Notes: generated from the sequence alone by a model not told the origin. A stretch of 64,000 nucleotides of DNA from an uncultured Chthonomonadaceae bacterium (GCA_963835065.1 CAWIEK010000001.1:32001-96000); one strand, 5' to 3'; numbered from the stretch's first letter, positions 30,715 through 40,770 are shown. Translations and numbers: made by a program.

Positions 30715-31071
30715 ATGATAACCGTTGCCAACCGCATCTTCGTAGCGCCCGAATATGCCGAACAGTTTGAAGAAGCCTTTCGCAAGCGCGCGGGCCTTGT
30801 GGATGGGATGCCGGGCTTCCTTTCCAACCAGGTGTTGCGCCCCGTTAATCCCGGCGATCCTTACATCGTTCTGACGCTGTGGAATGCGCGCGCCGATTTT
30901 GAAGCCTGGATACGCTCTGAGGCGTTCATGCAGGGCCATGCCAAGTCCGGTTCCCTGCCGAAAGAAGCCTTCAGCGCCCCGAACAAACTGGAAGTGCATG
31001 AAGTCATTCAGGATTCCAGCCGCCCTGACCTTGCTCCCGAACCCCACGGCGAGCCGTTCAAAATGCACTGA
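30715..31071 (+). CDS. Antibiotic biosynthesis monooxygenase, IsdG/MhuD-like heme-degrading type
   Basis: VANRI..FEEAF..PGF..W..FEAW..SEAF..GH with the Asn/Trp/His pattern. Confidence 0.8.
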   Translation: MITVANRIFVAPEYAEQFEEAFRKRAGLVDGMPGFLSNQVLRPVNPGDPYIVLTLWNARADFEAWIRSEAFMQGHAKSGSLPKEAFSAPNKLEVHEVIQDSSRPDLAPEPHGEPFKMH

Positions 31072-31217
31072 AAAAGCAACGACACAAACAAGTGTACGCA
31101 AAAAAATGCTTCTTCTATTTCGCGCAACATGACGTTTGAGGAGTTTTGGAATGGTTGGAGTGAGGTAATCCGCGCAAAGTCGCTAACAACCATGTGAAGA
31201 TTCGTGTAGAATAGAGT

Positions 31218-31934
31218 ATGCAAACGGAAACAAATGACAGTTGCAATAAACGCGCGAACGGAACGCGGCGAACTTTTTTTGCCGGGGCTGCCGGCGCGCT
31301 GCTTACTCTATTGAGCGGCTGCGTGGGGCAGCCGGCGCTTTCTACGGAAACGAACACAGCCATGACGCCATTACCGACAACAACCATTGACGCGCCGCAG
31401 GGCCGGGAAGTCGCGACCTTCGCGGGCGGCTGCTTCTGGTGTACCGAAGCGATTTTCACCGAACTCAAGGGCGTGGACAAAGTGGTTTCCGGGTACGCCG
31501 GCGGCCACATTCCCAAGCCGACCTACGATCAGGTTTGCGGCGGCAATACAGGACACGCCGAAGCCATTCAGATCACGTTTGACCCGAAAGTGATTTCGTA
31601 CCGTGACCTGCTGCACATCTTCTTCACGACGCATGATCCGACCACGCTGAACCGACAGGGCGCGGACGCGGGAACGCAGTACCGCTCCGCCGTCTTCACG
31701 AGCAGCGCGGAACAAAAACAGGCTGCGCAGGAAGTGATTAAAGAAGTCAACGCGGAGCATATCTGGGATAATCCCATCGTGACCGAAGTAACCGACTTTA
31801 GCAACTTCTACGCGGCGGAAGCGTATCATCAGGACTATTTCGCGCAAAATGGCGGGCAGGGCTATTGCCGCGTCGTCATCGCTCCTAAAGTGACGAAGTT
31901 CCGGCAGAAGTATCAGAACCTGCTGAAACGGTAA
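31218..31934 (+). CDS. msrA: Peptide methionine sulfoxide reductase A with Tat/lipoprotein-like signal
   Basis: GGCFWC, GYAGG, TGHAE, HDPT..NRQG.D.GTQYRS, AEAYHQDY; N-terminal TRRTFF...LSGC. Confidence 0.95.
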   Translation: MQTETNDSCNKRANGTRRTFFAGAAGALLTLLSGCVGQPALSTETNTAMTPLPTTTIDAPQGREVATFAGGCFWCTEAIFTELKGVDKVVSGYAGGHIPKPTYDQVCGGNTGHAEAIQITFDPKVISYRDLLHIFFTTHDPTTLNRQGADAGTQYRSAVFTSSAEQKQAAQEVIKEVNAEHIWDNPIVTEVTDFSNFYAAEAYHQDYFAQNGGQGYCRVVIAPKVTKFRQKYQNLLKR

Positions 31935-31989
31935 TGGCTTTTCGATTTTATACTAATCGTAAATCAAACGTTCAAGATGCTTCAAGGGC

Positions 31990-32036
31990 GGGCTTGATGA
32001 ATCAAGATAAGTGGGCTTGATGAATCAAGCCCCTAC
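31990..32036 (-). repeat. GTAG-type REP palindrome, tandem partial + full copy
   Basis: gggcttgatgaatcaag ... gggcttgatgaatcaagcccctac. Confidence 0.75.
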
Positions 32037-32149
32037 AACTTGTACTTTTTTGGTTCTGAACAACAACTGAACCCCGCTCCATGCTTTGTATGTTGAGCGG
32101 GGTTTGCTTTCACGCCGTTTTGATTGCGGCAGCAGGGAGAGGAAAACGA

Positions 32150-32908
32150 ATGTACCGAAAGAACGCAACGCGCATTGTAGCGCTAACAGCCTTATGCGGC
32201 GTATCGGCGGCAATTCTGGCTCCGCATCTGCGGGCGGTTCCGCGCGGCGGGCAGGAACAGGGCGCAGCAGCGCCGGCCATGACAATGTTCGCGCTGTCGG
32301 CGCGTCCGCCCAAAGGAGCGGTTGTCCTGATTGGCGGCAAGGCGGAGGACATGGCCGCCAACTGGTACAAGCGCCGCAGCCTGGAACCGGCGACGTGGAC
32401 GATAGATGCCAAAGGCGTGGCGACCCCGCAAAAAGTGGACATTACCAGCAAGCAGGAGTTCGGGGACAGCTACGTTCACGCCGAATTTCGCGGCATGTTG
32501 GACGATGCGGGCAAGCCGATGGGCGGCGGCAACAGCGGCGTCGGCTTACAGGGGCGCTACGAAATCCAGATATACAACTCCTACGGCCAGAAACCGGAAT
32601 CGCATGGCTGCGGCGCGCTGTACAGCCAGAAAGCCCCGCTCGTGACCGCCTGCAAACCGGCGGGCGAATGGAATACCTACGACATCATCTTCCGCGCCCC
32701 CCGCTTCGACAGCGACAACAAGGTGACGGAAAAGCCCCGCGCCACCATTTTCCTCAACGGCATTCTCATTCAGAACAACGAAGAGTTCACGGGCATGACG
32801 GGCATCAATTACGAAGTCTACAAGGAAATGACCAGAACCGGCCCTCTCGTCCTGCAAGGCGATCACGACCCGGTTCAGTTCCGCAACGTGTGGGTCGTGC
32901 CGATGTGA
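32150..32908 (+). CDS. DUF1080 / 3-keto-disaccharide hydrolase family protein
   Basis: FGD..H.EF, GNSGV, YEIQI..SYG, GEWNTYDI, LQGDH.PVQFRNVW. Confidence 0.88.
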   Translation: MYRKNATRIVALTALCGVSAAILAPHLRAVPRGGQEQGAAAPAMTMFALSARPPKGAVVLIGGKAEDMAANWYKRRSLEPATWTIDAKGVATPQKVDITSKQEFGDSYVHAEFRGMLDDAGKPMGGGNSGVGLQGRYEIQIYNSYGQKPESHGCGALYSQKAPLVTACKPAGEWNTYDIIFRAPRFDSDNKVTEKPRATIFLNGILIQNNEEFTGMTGINYEVYKEMTRTGPLVLQGDHDPVQFRNVWVVPM

Positions 32909-33161
32909 AGAAAAGAAGAAAAGAAGAAGAGAAGAAAAGAAGATAGGGAGACTTGGGTTTTGTTTGTCTTTCCGGCGTTACGGAATGTTCGTTCGCAGAC
33001 AACCGCATGGAAAGGAAGTGGTTGCCGGGAGGGGCGCGAATGTGTTAAAATGCACCATTCCGCTTTTACTCTCACTTTTACGAACGAGCGGCGATGTGTG
33101 CCAACTTTCTGCGGACGTAAGCCTTCTGCGGGCGCAAACGCGCTGAATACTACAACACTTT

Positions 33162-35195
33162 ATGACAAACGAAAACAATGGTTCCGCTGCCGCGCTGCGC
33201 GATGTTTCTTCTGACGCCGCGCCGCTTCCCGCTCCCGCACAGGTGCGCAGTATTCTGGCGACGGACTGCGGCAGTACCACGACAAAAGCCATTTTAATCG
33301 AGCGGCAGGCCAATGGCGAGTACCGGCTGACCACGCGGGGCGAAGCGCCGACAACGGTTGAAGCGCCGTTCGATGATGTGACCGTTGGCGTGGTCAATGC
33401 GGTGCGCGAAGTGGAGGAACTGAGCGGCAAAACCATTTTGGGAACGCCGCAAACCAATGGCGGCAGGCCGATGACGCCCGCGCAGGACGATAAGACGGGC
33501 GTGGATTTGTACCTTTCCACATCGAGCGCGGGCGGCGGGCTGCAAATGACGGTTGCGGGCGTGGTCAAAGCCATGAGCGCGGAAAGCGCGCAGCGGGCGG
33601 CTTTGGGCGCGGGCGCAATCGTGATTGATGTTATGGCTGTCAATGATGGCCGCAAGGAACATGAGCGCGTAGAACGCCTGCGCCAATTGCGCCCCGATAT
33701 GATTTTAATGGCGGGCGGCACGGACGGCGGTACGGTCACTCACCTCGTGGAAATGGCCGAAATGCTGGTTTCCGCGGACCCCAAGCCGCGTTTGGGGTTG
33801 GGATTGAACCTGCCGGTGATTTACGCGGGCAACAAGCAGGCGTATGCGCCCGTCGCGGAACTGCTGGAGGAGCGTGTTTCGCTGCGGCAGGTGGACAATC
33901 TGCGCCCCGCGATGGAGCGCGAAAATCTATTGCCCGCCCGCGAAGCCATTCACGAGTTGTTTCTGGAACACGTCATGCAGCAGGCTCCGGGTTACGGCAA
34001 ATTGTCTGCGTGGACAAGCACAGGTATTATGTCCACGCCCAACGCAGTCGGCAAAATCATGGAAACCATTGCCGCGCAGCGGGGCATCAACGTGCTGGGC
34101 GTGGATATTGGCGGCGCGACAACGGACGTGTTTTCCGTGTTCGGCGGCGTGTTCAACCGGACGGTTTCGGCTAATCTGGGCATGTCGTATTCCATCTGCA
34201 ACGTGCTGACCGAAGCGGGCGTCGCCAACATCCGGCGCTGGCTGCCCTTTGACGTGTCCGAGGCCGACCTGCGCAACCAACTGCGCAACAAAATGATTCG
34301 CCCGACGACCATTCCGCAGCGCCTGCAAGACCTGCAAATCGAGCAGGCCGTGTGCCGCGAAGCCCTGCGGCTGGCCTTCGACCATCACAAATCGCTTGCG
34401 CGCGGTTTGACCGGCGTGACGACCGACAAAAACGTGGGCAACGTGTTCGACCAGAAGGGCACGGGGCTAACGCTTGTCAATCTGCTTGCACTGGACATGA
34501 TCGTCGGTTCGGGGGGCGTCCTGTCCCACGCGCCGCGCCGCGCCCAATCCGCCCTGATGATGCTCGACGCTTACCAGCCCGAAGGCGTCACGCTGCTTAC
34601 GGTTGACTCCATTTTTATGATGCCCCAGCTCGGCATCCTTTCCACCGTTCACCCCGAAGCCGCCACGCAGGTCTTTGAGCGCGATTGTTTGATCGTCCTG
34701 GGAACCTGTATCGCGCCAATCGGCGTAGCTAAAGAAGGCGAGCCGTGCGTCACCATAGAGTGGGAAGGCCGCGTCGAACACATTCCGTTCGGGACGTTGC
34801 GGGTATTTAGGATTCAGGGAACAGGGAACAGGGAACAGGGAACAGCAACGCAATCCACAATCGGCAATCGGCAATCGGCAATCGAAAATCCCAACACCCT
34901 TACTATTACTCCCGCTAAAGCGTTCGATGTGGGCGCGGGGCGGGGCAAGGCGATTACGGCGCAGGTTCAGGGCGGCGTTGTCGGCTTGATGATAGATGCG
35001 CGGGGACGGCCCTTGCAGCTTCCAGGTGAAGACCGCGCCCGCGTTGCCAAACTGCGCGAATGGCTCCGCGCTCTGGACATTCCTACCGGGGAAAACGACA
35101 CACCCATGCCGGCGAACGCGATTTCTACAGGGGCAAATGCAACTGTCGGCACACCAGAACACAGGTCAGGAGAACAGCGCAATGGAAAGGTCTGA
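33162..35195 (+). CDS. GlmL/MutL(glutamate mutase L)-family ASKHA ATPase
   Basis: TDCGSTTTK, SSAGGGL, GGTDGG, VDIGGATTDVFS, RTVSANLGMSYS, GSGGVLSH, GG.VGL.IDARGRP. Confidence 0.85.
   Translation: MTNENNGSAAALRDVSSDAAPLPAPAQVRSILATDCGSTTTKAILIERQANGEYRLTTRGEAPTTVEAPFDDVTVGVVNAVREVEELSGKTILGTPQTNGGRPMTPAQDDKTGVDLYLSTSSAGGGLQMTVAGVVKAMSAESAQRAALGAGAIVIDVMAVNDGRKEHERVERLRQLRPDMILMAGGTDGGTVTHLVEMAEMLVSADPKPRLGLGLNLPVIYAGNKQAYAPVAELLEERVSLRQVDNLRPAMERENLLPAREAIHELFLEHVMQQAPGYGKLSAWTSTGIMSTPNAVGKIMETIAAQRGINVLGVDIGGATTDVFSVFGGVFNRTVSANLGMSYSICNVLTEAGVANIRRWLPFDVSEADLRNQLRNKMIRPTTIPQRLQDLQIEQAVCREALRLAFDHHKSLARGLTGVTTDKNVGNVFDQKGTGLTLVNLLALDMIVGSGGVLSHAPRRAQSALMMLDAYQPEGVTLLTVDSIFMMPQLGILSTVHPEAATQVFERDCLIVLGTCIAPIGVAKEGEPCVTIEWEGRVEHIPFGTLRVFRIQGTGNREQGTATQSTIGNRQSAIENPNTLTITPAKAFDVGAGRGKAITAQVQGGVVGLMIDARGRPLQLPGEDRARVAKLREWLRALDIPTGENDTPMPANAISTGANATVGTPEHRSGEQRNGKV
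34814..34891 (+). repeat. In-frame heptamer arrays (CAGGGAA)n and (AATCGGC)n inside the GlmL-like CDS
   Basis: cagggaacagggaacagggaacagggaaca..caatccacaatcggcaatcggcaatcggcaatcgaaaatc, read as QGTGNREQGTATQSTIGNRQSAIENP. Confidence 0.9.
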
Positions 35196-35643
35196 GGCCA
35201 GGCGGCAGGGAACGCTTGTGGAACCGTTTACGTTCCAGGTGGAGGAGTGGCCCGCGCCTCAGTCCGTCCAAGCCGTCAAGCAGCTTCTTAACCGCTATAA
35301 TCGGGAAAAGATCGGCGAGGACGACCACCAGCATCTGGCCGTCGTGCTGCGCGACGCCACGCAACAAATCGTGGGCGGGCTGTGGGGCGAAACCTACTGG
35401 GGCTGGCTATACGTGGACGTGCTTGCCATTCACGAAACGGCGCGCGGTCAGGGATGGGGCACGCGCCTGATGCAGATGGCCGAAGCCGAAGCCCTGCGGC
35501 GCGGCTGCCACCATGCCCATCTGGATACCTTCGACTTTCAAGCCCTGCCTTTTTATCAAAAACTGGGGTATTCCATCTTCGGTACGCTCGACCAATTTCC
35601 CGGCGAGCATAAGCGGTACTTTCTTCAGAAGGCATTGGGGTAA
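35182..35643 (+). CDS. GNAT N-acetyltransferase
   Basis: WLYVDVLAI..RGQGWG..AE.EA..RGC..LDTFDFQA.PFYQKLGY. Confidence 0.92.
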   Translation: MERSEARRQGTLVEPFTFQVEEWPAPQSVQAVKQLLNRYNREKIGEDDHQHLAVVLRDATQQIVGGLWGETYWGWLYVDVLAIHETARGQGWGTRLMQMAEAEALRRGCHHAHLDTFDFQALPFYQKLGYSIFGTLDQFPGEHKRYFLQKALG

Positions 35644-35698
35644 TGATGAATGATATTTCGTCTTCCATTCATCGTTCATCATTCATCATTCATCATTT
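35642..35698. repeat. Heptamer array (TTCATCA)n with short inverted arm
   Basis: aatgatgaatga ... cattcatcgttcatcattcatcattcatcattt. Confidence 0.8.
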
Positions 35699-35716
35699 CT
35701 CTACAAAGGCGCAATC

Positions 35717-36385
35717 ATGAACAATCCTTCCGAAACTTCTACCCTGCCGCGCCCGGAGCGCAAGGCCACGCTGCGATTGGGACAGCGCCATCTTAGCCTG
35801 ATGTCGCTGGCCGTCATTGTGGTTATTGTGCTTGGCCTGGGGGCGGGCATGTACTCCATGTACATTCAGTTCAAAATCACCCGTGACCTGAGCGTGGCAG
35901 AGGCTAATATGCATGAGTTGTACCAGGCCATGCACGGGTATGCGCTGGATACGGACGAGCAATTGCCGCAGGCCGACAAATGGACGGATCAAGTATCCGG
36001 CTATTTGTCTGCGCCTCCCGGTACGCCCGGCGGCAGATTGGCTTATCTGCATGGCGAGGACGAACACGGGGGCGGCATTCATTACGTGTACAACGACCTT
36101 GCAAGCGGACTGAGCCTCGACCCGGTGAACCCGAAAAAGAACGTCAAAACCTACGACCTGAGCCGCCTTGTGTTGCTGATAGAAGCGCCGGGTTCGGGCA
36201 GCAACGAACACGTTTCAATCCCGCCGCGCAACACGCCCGAAGGCGAGGAAGCGCTTGCCAAACTGCTCAAATTCCCGCACAACGCCGACGACCCCAACAA
36301 AGCGACGACGGTCATTCTTTATGCCAACGGCAACCCGGAGCGCATTACGAGGAAAGATGTGGAGAGAGTAGGCATTAGGCATTAG
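35717..36385 (+). CDS. Membrane-anchored hypothetical protein, pilin/DUF1559-like organisation
   Basis: N-terminal TM helix, then NMHELYQAMHGYALD..LP, YVYN, VILYANG. Confidence 0.6.
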   Translation: MNNPSETSTLPRPERKATLRLGQRHLSLMSLAVIVVIVLGLGAGMYSMYIQFKITRDLSVAEANMHELYQAMHGYALDTDEQLPQADKWTDQVSGYLSAPPGTPGGRLAYLHGEDEHGGGIHYVYNDLASGLSLDPVNPKKNVKTYDLSRLVLLIEAPGSGSNEHVSIPPRNTPEGEEALAKLLKFPHNADDPNKATTVILYANGNPERITRKDVERVGIRH

Positions 36386-36480
36386 GCATTAGGAACATGC
36401 TTTGCAGAGAGTGACTTATGCGGCTAAGTCAAACCTGACGAGGAGTGTTTATAATGCCTGATGCCTAATGCCTGATGCCT
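36369..36480. repeat. Inverted pair of heptamer arrays (AGGCATT)n ... (ATGCCTR)n
   Basis: taggcattaggcattaggcattagg supplies the upstream stop; aatgcctgatgcctaatgcctgatgcct overlaps the next start. Confidence 0.9.
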
Positions 36481-37667
36481 ACGCTCCGCAGGAGCAAAAC
36501 GTGGGAAGCGCATACACGCCGGGGCTGAAAGTGAGCGCCCGCGCGACGGTGGAAAAGATGCGGCGGCTGCCGCTCAAGGGCACGGTGCTGGTGGCGGAAG
36601 GGGACGTGGTGCAGCCGGATACGGTGGTGGCGCGCACGTTTTTGCCCGGCCTGATGCACACGGTACGCCTGGCCGAACGCCTGGGCGTGGACCCGGCAGA
36701 CGCGCCAGGATTATTGCGCATACAGAAGGGCGACCCGGTTGCAGTCGGGGAGTTGCTGGCGGAAACCAAGGGCGTGTTCGGCAAATACTTTCGGACGCGC
36801 ATTGTCGCGCCGGTGTCGGGGCATGTGGAACTGATTTCGTCCACAACCGGGCATGTGGGCATCCGGGAAGCGCCGCAGCCTGTGGAGCGCACGGCCTATA
36901 TTCGGGGAATTGTCAGCCGCGTTTTGCCGGAAGAGGGCGTTGTCGTGTCCACGCAGGGCGCATTGATACAGGGCATTTTCGGCGTGGGCGGCGAACGGTT
37001 GGGCGAAATCGCCGTTGTCAGTTCCAACCCTCGACAACCCCTGACCGCCGACCTGCTGACGGAAGCGCACCGGGGCAAAATCGTTGTGGGCGGAGCGCAG
37101 ATCGTCGGGGATGCCCTGCCCCGCGCCGCCGATCTGGGCATTATCGGCATCGTTGGCGGCGGCATCATTGACCGCGAACTGATGGACTACCTTGCCGTCG
37201 CCCTGAACCAGCCGGGTTACGACATCGGCGTTGCTATCACGGGGCAGGAACCCATAGCGTTTTCCCTGATGGTAACGGAAGGCTTCGGCGCGATTGAAAT
37301 GGCCGCGCGCACGTTCGCCCTGTTTCAATCGCTGGAAGGCAAAACCGCGTCCATCAACGGCGCAACGCAGATAAGGGCCGGCGTCATCCGCCCCGAAGTG
37401 ATTGTTCCCCTCGAATTTTCCGTGGCTTCCTTCCCTTCCGGCGTTGCTTCTATGGACGCGGACACGAGCGGGCAGTTAAGCATCGGTACGCCCATTCGCA
37501 TCATCCGCGAACCCTATTTCGGCCTGCTTGCGAGCGTCACCGCCCTGCCCTCCGAACTGGTACAAGTGGAATCCGAAACCCTCGTGCGCGTCCTCCAGGC
37601 CCAACTCGCCGATGGCAGCCACGTCACCGTTCCCCGCGCCAACGTTGAAATCATTGAAGGAGCGTGA
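36468..37667 (+). CDS. Conserved hypothetical protein with barrel-sandwich hybrid and KOW-like segments (GlmL-associated)
   Basis: AYTPGLKV..RRLPLKG.VLV..GD.V, QGIFGVGGE, TEGFG, GATQIRAGVIRPE, IRIIREPYFG, VPRANVE. Confidence 0.75.
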   Translation: MPDAYAPQEQNVGSAYTPGLKVSARATVEKMRRLPLKGTVLVAEGDVVQPDTVVARTFLPGLMHTVRLAERLGVDPADAPGLLRIQKGDPVAVGELLAETKGVFGKYFRTRIVAPVSGHVELISSTTGHVGIREAPQPVERTAYIRGIVSRVLPEEGVVVSTQGALIQGIFGVGGERLGEIAVVSSNPRQPLTADLLTEAHRGKIVVGGAQIVGDALPRAADLGIIGIVGGGIIDRELMDYLAVALNQPGYDIGVAITGQEPIAFSLMVTEGFGAIEMAARTFALFQSLEGKTASINGATQIRAGVIRPEVIVPLEFSVASFPSGVASMDADTSGQLSIGTPIRIIREPYFGLLASVTALPSELVQVESETLVRVLQAQLADGSHVTVPRANVEIIEGA

Positions 37668-37696
37668 AAACACTTCTTATCGCAGTTGGTGGCATC

Positions 37697-38188
37697 CTAT
37701 GCCTCCGAAAATAGTATAGATTTGAGTTCTGCCGGAACGCGCTTTAGCTCTTCGAGATTATGTTTGAGCAGGTCATTACTCCATATTTCTGAGATTTTAT
37801 CCGGGCAGCCATCCGCAAGCATTTCTCCAATTTTTTCGCGTGAGGTGTGGTTCAAAAGTTGTTGCAGATTCTCAGGCTCCGACCTCACGCCTAATATAAA
37901 CACTCTGTCCTTCAGTTCTGAGGGTATCACCTTTTGCGCTTCTTCATAACGGTCATCCTGCTCATCGAAATCAATCAATAACACCATGTATCGAGAGGTA
38001 TATCTACTCATTTCAGCCGCATAGATAGCTTCGAAGTCTTCTAAAACCTTGCGCCAACCGCCCGCTGGCCGCAATACAAGAAATAATCTTTGATTTAGTC
38101 CGGGCGCGAGCAGAAAGCCATTTGCGAGGTCTTCATCTGCTGCATCTTCCGGCAGAATGTGAATATGCGGTTTGTACTTGTTAGCCAT
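37697..38188 (-). CDS. TOPRIM-like nuclease partner of AAA ATPase
   Basis: ILPED, GGW, LLIDFD (DxD), EPE; ATG overlaps ATPase stop (TAATG). Confidence 0.65.
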   Translation of the reverse strand: MANKYKPHIHILPEDAADEDLANGFLLAPGLNQRLFLVLRPAGGWRKVLEDFEAIYAAEMSRYTSRYMVLLIDFDEQDDRYEEAQKVIPSELKDRVFILGVRSEPENLQQLLNHTSREKIGEMLADGCPDKISEIWSNDLLKHNLEELKRVPAELKSILFSEA

Positions 38189-39294
38189 TAGACGTGTACA
38201 TCATCTCGGAGCAATGCATCTTCAAGGTTCCCGTTAATTTGCACATCGCTAATTGACCGCACCAGAGTAGGTTCCAGATGGCTATGCCGATAAAGAAGCA
38301 ATGTATTCTCATCAGAGAATTTCCGAATAGCCTCTAAATTATGCGAGGTGACTAATAGTTGGCTTCCGTTTCGAAAAGAGCGTCGCAAAGCCAGCACAAA
38401 ATGGCCCACTTCTGAGGGCGACAGATAATTATCAGGCTCATCCCAGAAGCAAAAGAGTGGCCCGTAGGATTCATTGGCTGCCAGAACCAGCGCGCAAATA
38501 AAGAAGCACTTTTCGCCATCCGACAAATCGCGCAACGGAAGACTTAGCGTAGCCTGGTCCTGTTGAAATTGAACAGTGAGACTCCGAAAATCTGCTCTGC
38601 TGACAGGATTTTTGATATCTTTGAAATCAGGCATGACTTCCCGTAAGTATCTGTCAATTTGTGTATAAGCCGCCGGCGACTGCGCTATCAAACCCGAAAA
38701 CCACTCCCCAAAGTCAGTCACCTGCCGCTTAGGGGACAAGGTTTCGCCTTCCGAATCCCCAGTTATCAAGCTGGGAATAGGCGCAAGAATCAACATTCGA
38801 GCAAGCCAGGTCTTAAAAATGTATAGTGGATCCGCAGGCTGTTCTTGAATCACCGGCAAAGCGATTAGATGCCAATCAACCTGAAAATTCGCTTCTTTAT
38901 TCTTTCCCTTTGCAGGGAGTTGCACCTTAGAAAGATCGCGGGAATAGATTGGGCTTCCCTCAACGGTAAGATTTTCTTCCCGTACCCTTAATTCCCTAAA
39001 TCCATCCGGCAACTCTAAAGCAAGAGTGTAGCTATAAACCCTGCCTCCAATTACGGCTTCCATCTCGAAGCGCATGGGAATGTCTGAGCGTCCACGAGCA
39101 AAATCTGAGAGTTTTACAAGTTGTCCGACCCGGTTTGTGCCCCGTCCAATACTCTGCAAAACTTCCAAAGCGTAACTCACTGTAGATTTGCCCGTCCCGT
39201 TCTTACCTATCAAGAGCGCGGATGGCTTATCGGAAAGCGAAAGCTCGAAATTCTCCAAGCATCTAAAATTATGCACGTACAGACGTTTAATCAT
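38188..39294 (-). CDS. AAA_21/ABC-type ATPase
   Basis: Walker A GKNGTGKS, signature LSDGEK, Walker B FWDEPDN, VTSHN; lower GC. Confidence 0.9.
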   Translation of the reverse strand: MIKRLYVHNFRCLENFELSLSDKPSALLIGKNGTGKSTVSYALEVLQSIGRGTNRVGQLVKLSDFARGRSDIPMRFEMEAVIGGRVYSYTLALELPDGFRELRVREENLTVEGSPIYSRDLSKVQLPAKGKNKEANFQVDWHLIALPVIQEQPADPLYIFKTWLARMLILAPIPSLITGDSEGETLSPKRQVTDFGEWFSGLIAQSPAAYTQIDRYLREVMPDFKDIKNPVSRADFRSLTVQFQQDQATLSLPLRDLSDGEKCFFICALVLAANESYGPLFCFWDEPDNYLSPSEVGHFVLALRRSFRNGSQLLVTSHNLEAIRKFSDENTLLLYRHSHLEPTLVRSISDVQINGNLEDALLRDDVHV

Positions 39295-39548
39295 TACAAC
39301 ATGATACCCGATATGAGGATATAGACGCGTTGCGGCCCTTCACTTTCGTACAGCCTTGAGAATACGATGTTCTGTCACATTTACACATTGCGGTGATATA
39401 GCAAGTAGCCTGCCCGAAACCTTCTGCTATAAACGCGCGGAACATATAGTATACTTTTAGATCAGGTTTGATCAGGTTCTCATACGTCCTGAGTTGCTGC
39501 CAATTTTGTGCCACAAATTGTGCTGATCTTACGTGAGGAGAAAAAGCC

Positions 39549-40154
39549 ATGCCCCAGGTCGCGCCACCCCTGTCTGATGTTCCCGAACGCTTTCCGAACC
39601 GCATCCGCTGGACCAAAAGCCAGTGCCGCGCCATGCAGGAAGCAGGCATTCTAACGGGCCGCTACGAGTTGATTGACGGAGAAATCTTTACCAAAATGAG
39701 CCAAAATCCGCCCCATGCCTGCGCTGTTCGCCTCCTGATCGCCTGGCTGACAACTCTGTTCGGCGTGTTACACGTTCAGTGCCAGTTGCCCATTGCCGTT
39801 GGGGACGCCGACCCGGAACATAACAACCCCGAACCGGATGGGGCGGTGACAATCGGGCCTGCCGCCGACTTTGCCGCGCGGCATCCCGGCCCTGCGGACC
39901 TGCTTCTTGTCGCCGAAGTGGCAGACTCGACGCTGCGCTCGGATCGCCTCGCCAAAGCCGCATTGTACGCCCGCGCCGGTATTGGCGAATACTGGCTGCT
40001 CGATATTGCCGGACGGCAGCTGCTCGTTCACCGTCAGCCGGACGCGGTAGGCTACGCTGATGTCGTGGTTTACGGGGCGGATGAGTTGGCCGCAACGCTT
40101 GCCTTGCCTGACGCGCCTGTTCGGGTTGCCGACCTGCTTCCTGCCGTAGCCTGA
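39549..40154 (+). CDS. Uma2-family endonuclease
   Basis: YELIDGEI, PEPD, LLVAEVADST..DR..K..LYARAGIGEYW. Confidence 0.92.
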   Translation: MPQVAPPLSDVPERFPNRIRWTKSQCRAMQEAGILTGRYELIDGEIFTKMSQNPPHACAVRLLIAWLTTLFGVLHVQCQLPIAVGDADPEHNNPEPDGAVTIGPAADFAARHPGPADLLLVAEVADSTLRSDRLAKAALYARAGIGEYWLLDIAGRQLLVHRQPDAVGYADVVVYGADELAATLALPDAPVRVADLLPAVA

Positions 40155-40321
40155 TGCCCTGCTGACCAAAACCTGAACGGGTTTAACATCGCTATTTCCC
40201 GTGCCAATGTGGAAATTCGGGAACGAATGTTACAAAGAGACTACATTACGGTCCCGTAAATCTTTAACTTCCTGAACCAGTGGGTAGCTCGATCTTTGTC
40301 AACGGGAAGTGGCGCGAACAA

Positions 40322-40357
40322 AGGATGAAGGATGGCAAGACAAGGATGAAGGATGAA
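40322..40357. repeat. Heptamer repeat (AGGATGA)n
   Basis: aggatgaaggatgg..aaggatgaaggatgaa. Confidence 0.7.
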
Positions 40358-40770
40358 AGCGCCGGAAAAAGGGCATGTAGAAAAAAGAGTATGTAGAGTC
40401 ATCGTCGAAATCTTGGCAATACAGCGCTTCCAGCCCGATGTCTCATTGTGTCTGGTTGTAGGAGAGAGGCGTCGTGACCTCAGCAGCGTCAGGGCGAGCG
40501 GGAGGGGTGTGGGAACATAGGACTGGCACCTCCCTTCCGGTGTCTAACATTGAATAGTAGACTTTGTTCTGCTATTTAGACGGCTGTGGGGGGGGCAAAG
40601 GTTCACTGTTCTCGCGTTATTTTGCTCTTTTTTCCAAGTTTTTTATTTTTATGGGATTGTTTTTGCGGGAGTGTTGCTGTTGGCCGTGTGTGGGAACGGG
40701 AATGGGGCGCTTGCTTTGGGGCTGGAAATCTATCACTTCTCGGCGGGCACACGCAAGCAGGATACAAGGA

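Noticed and set aside
32908..32943. Purine-rich gaagaaaa repeat as a functional element
   Set aside because: Short low-complexity octamer run with no inverted partner; no further support.
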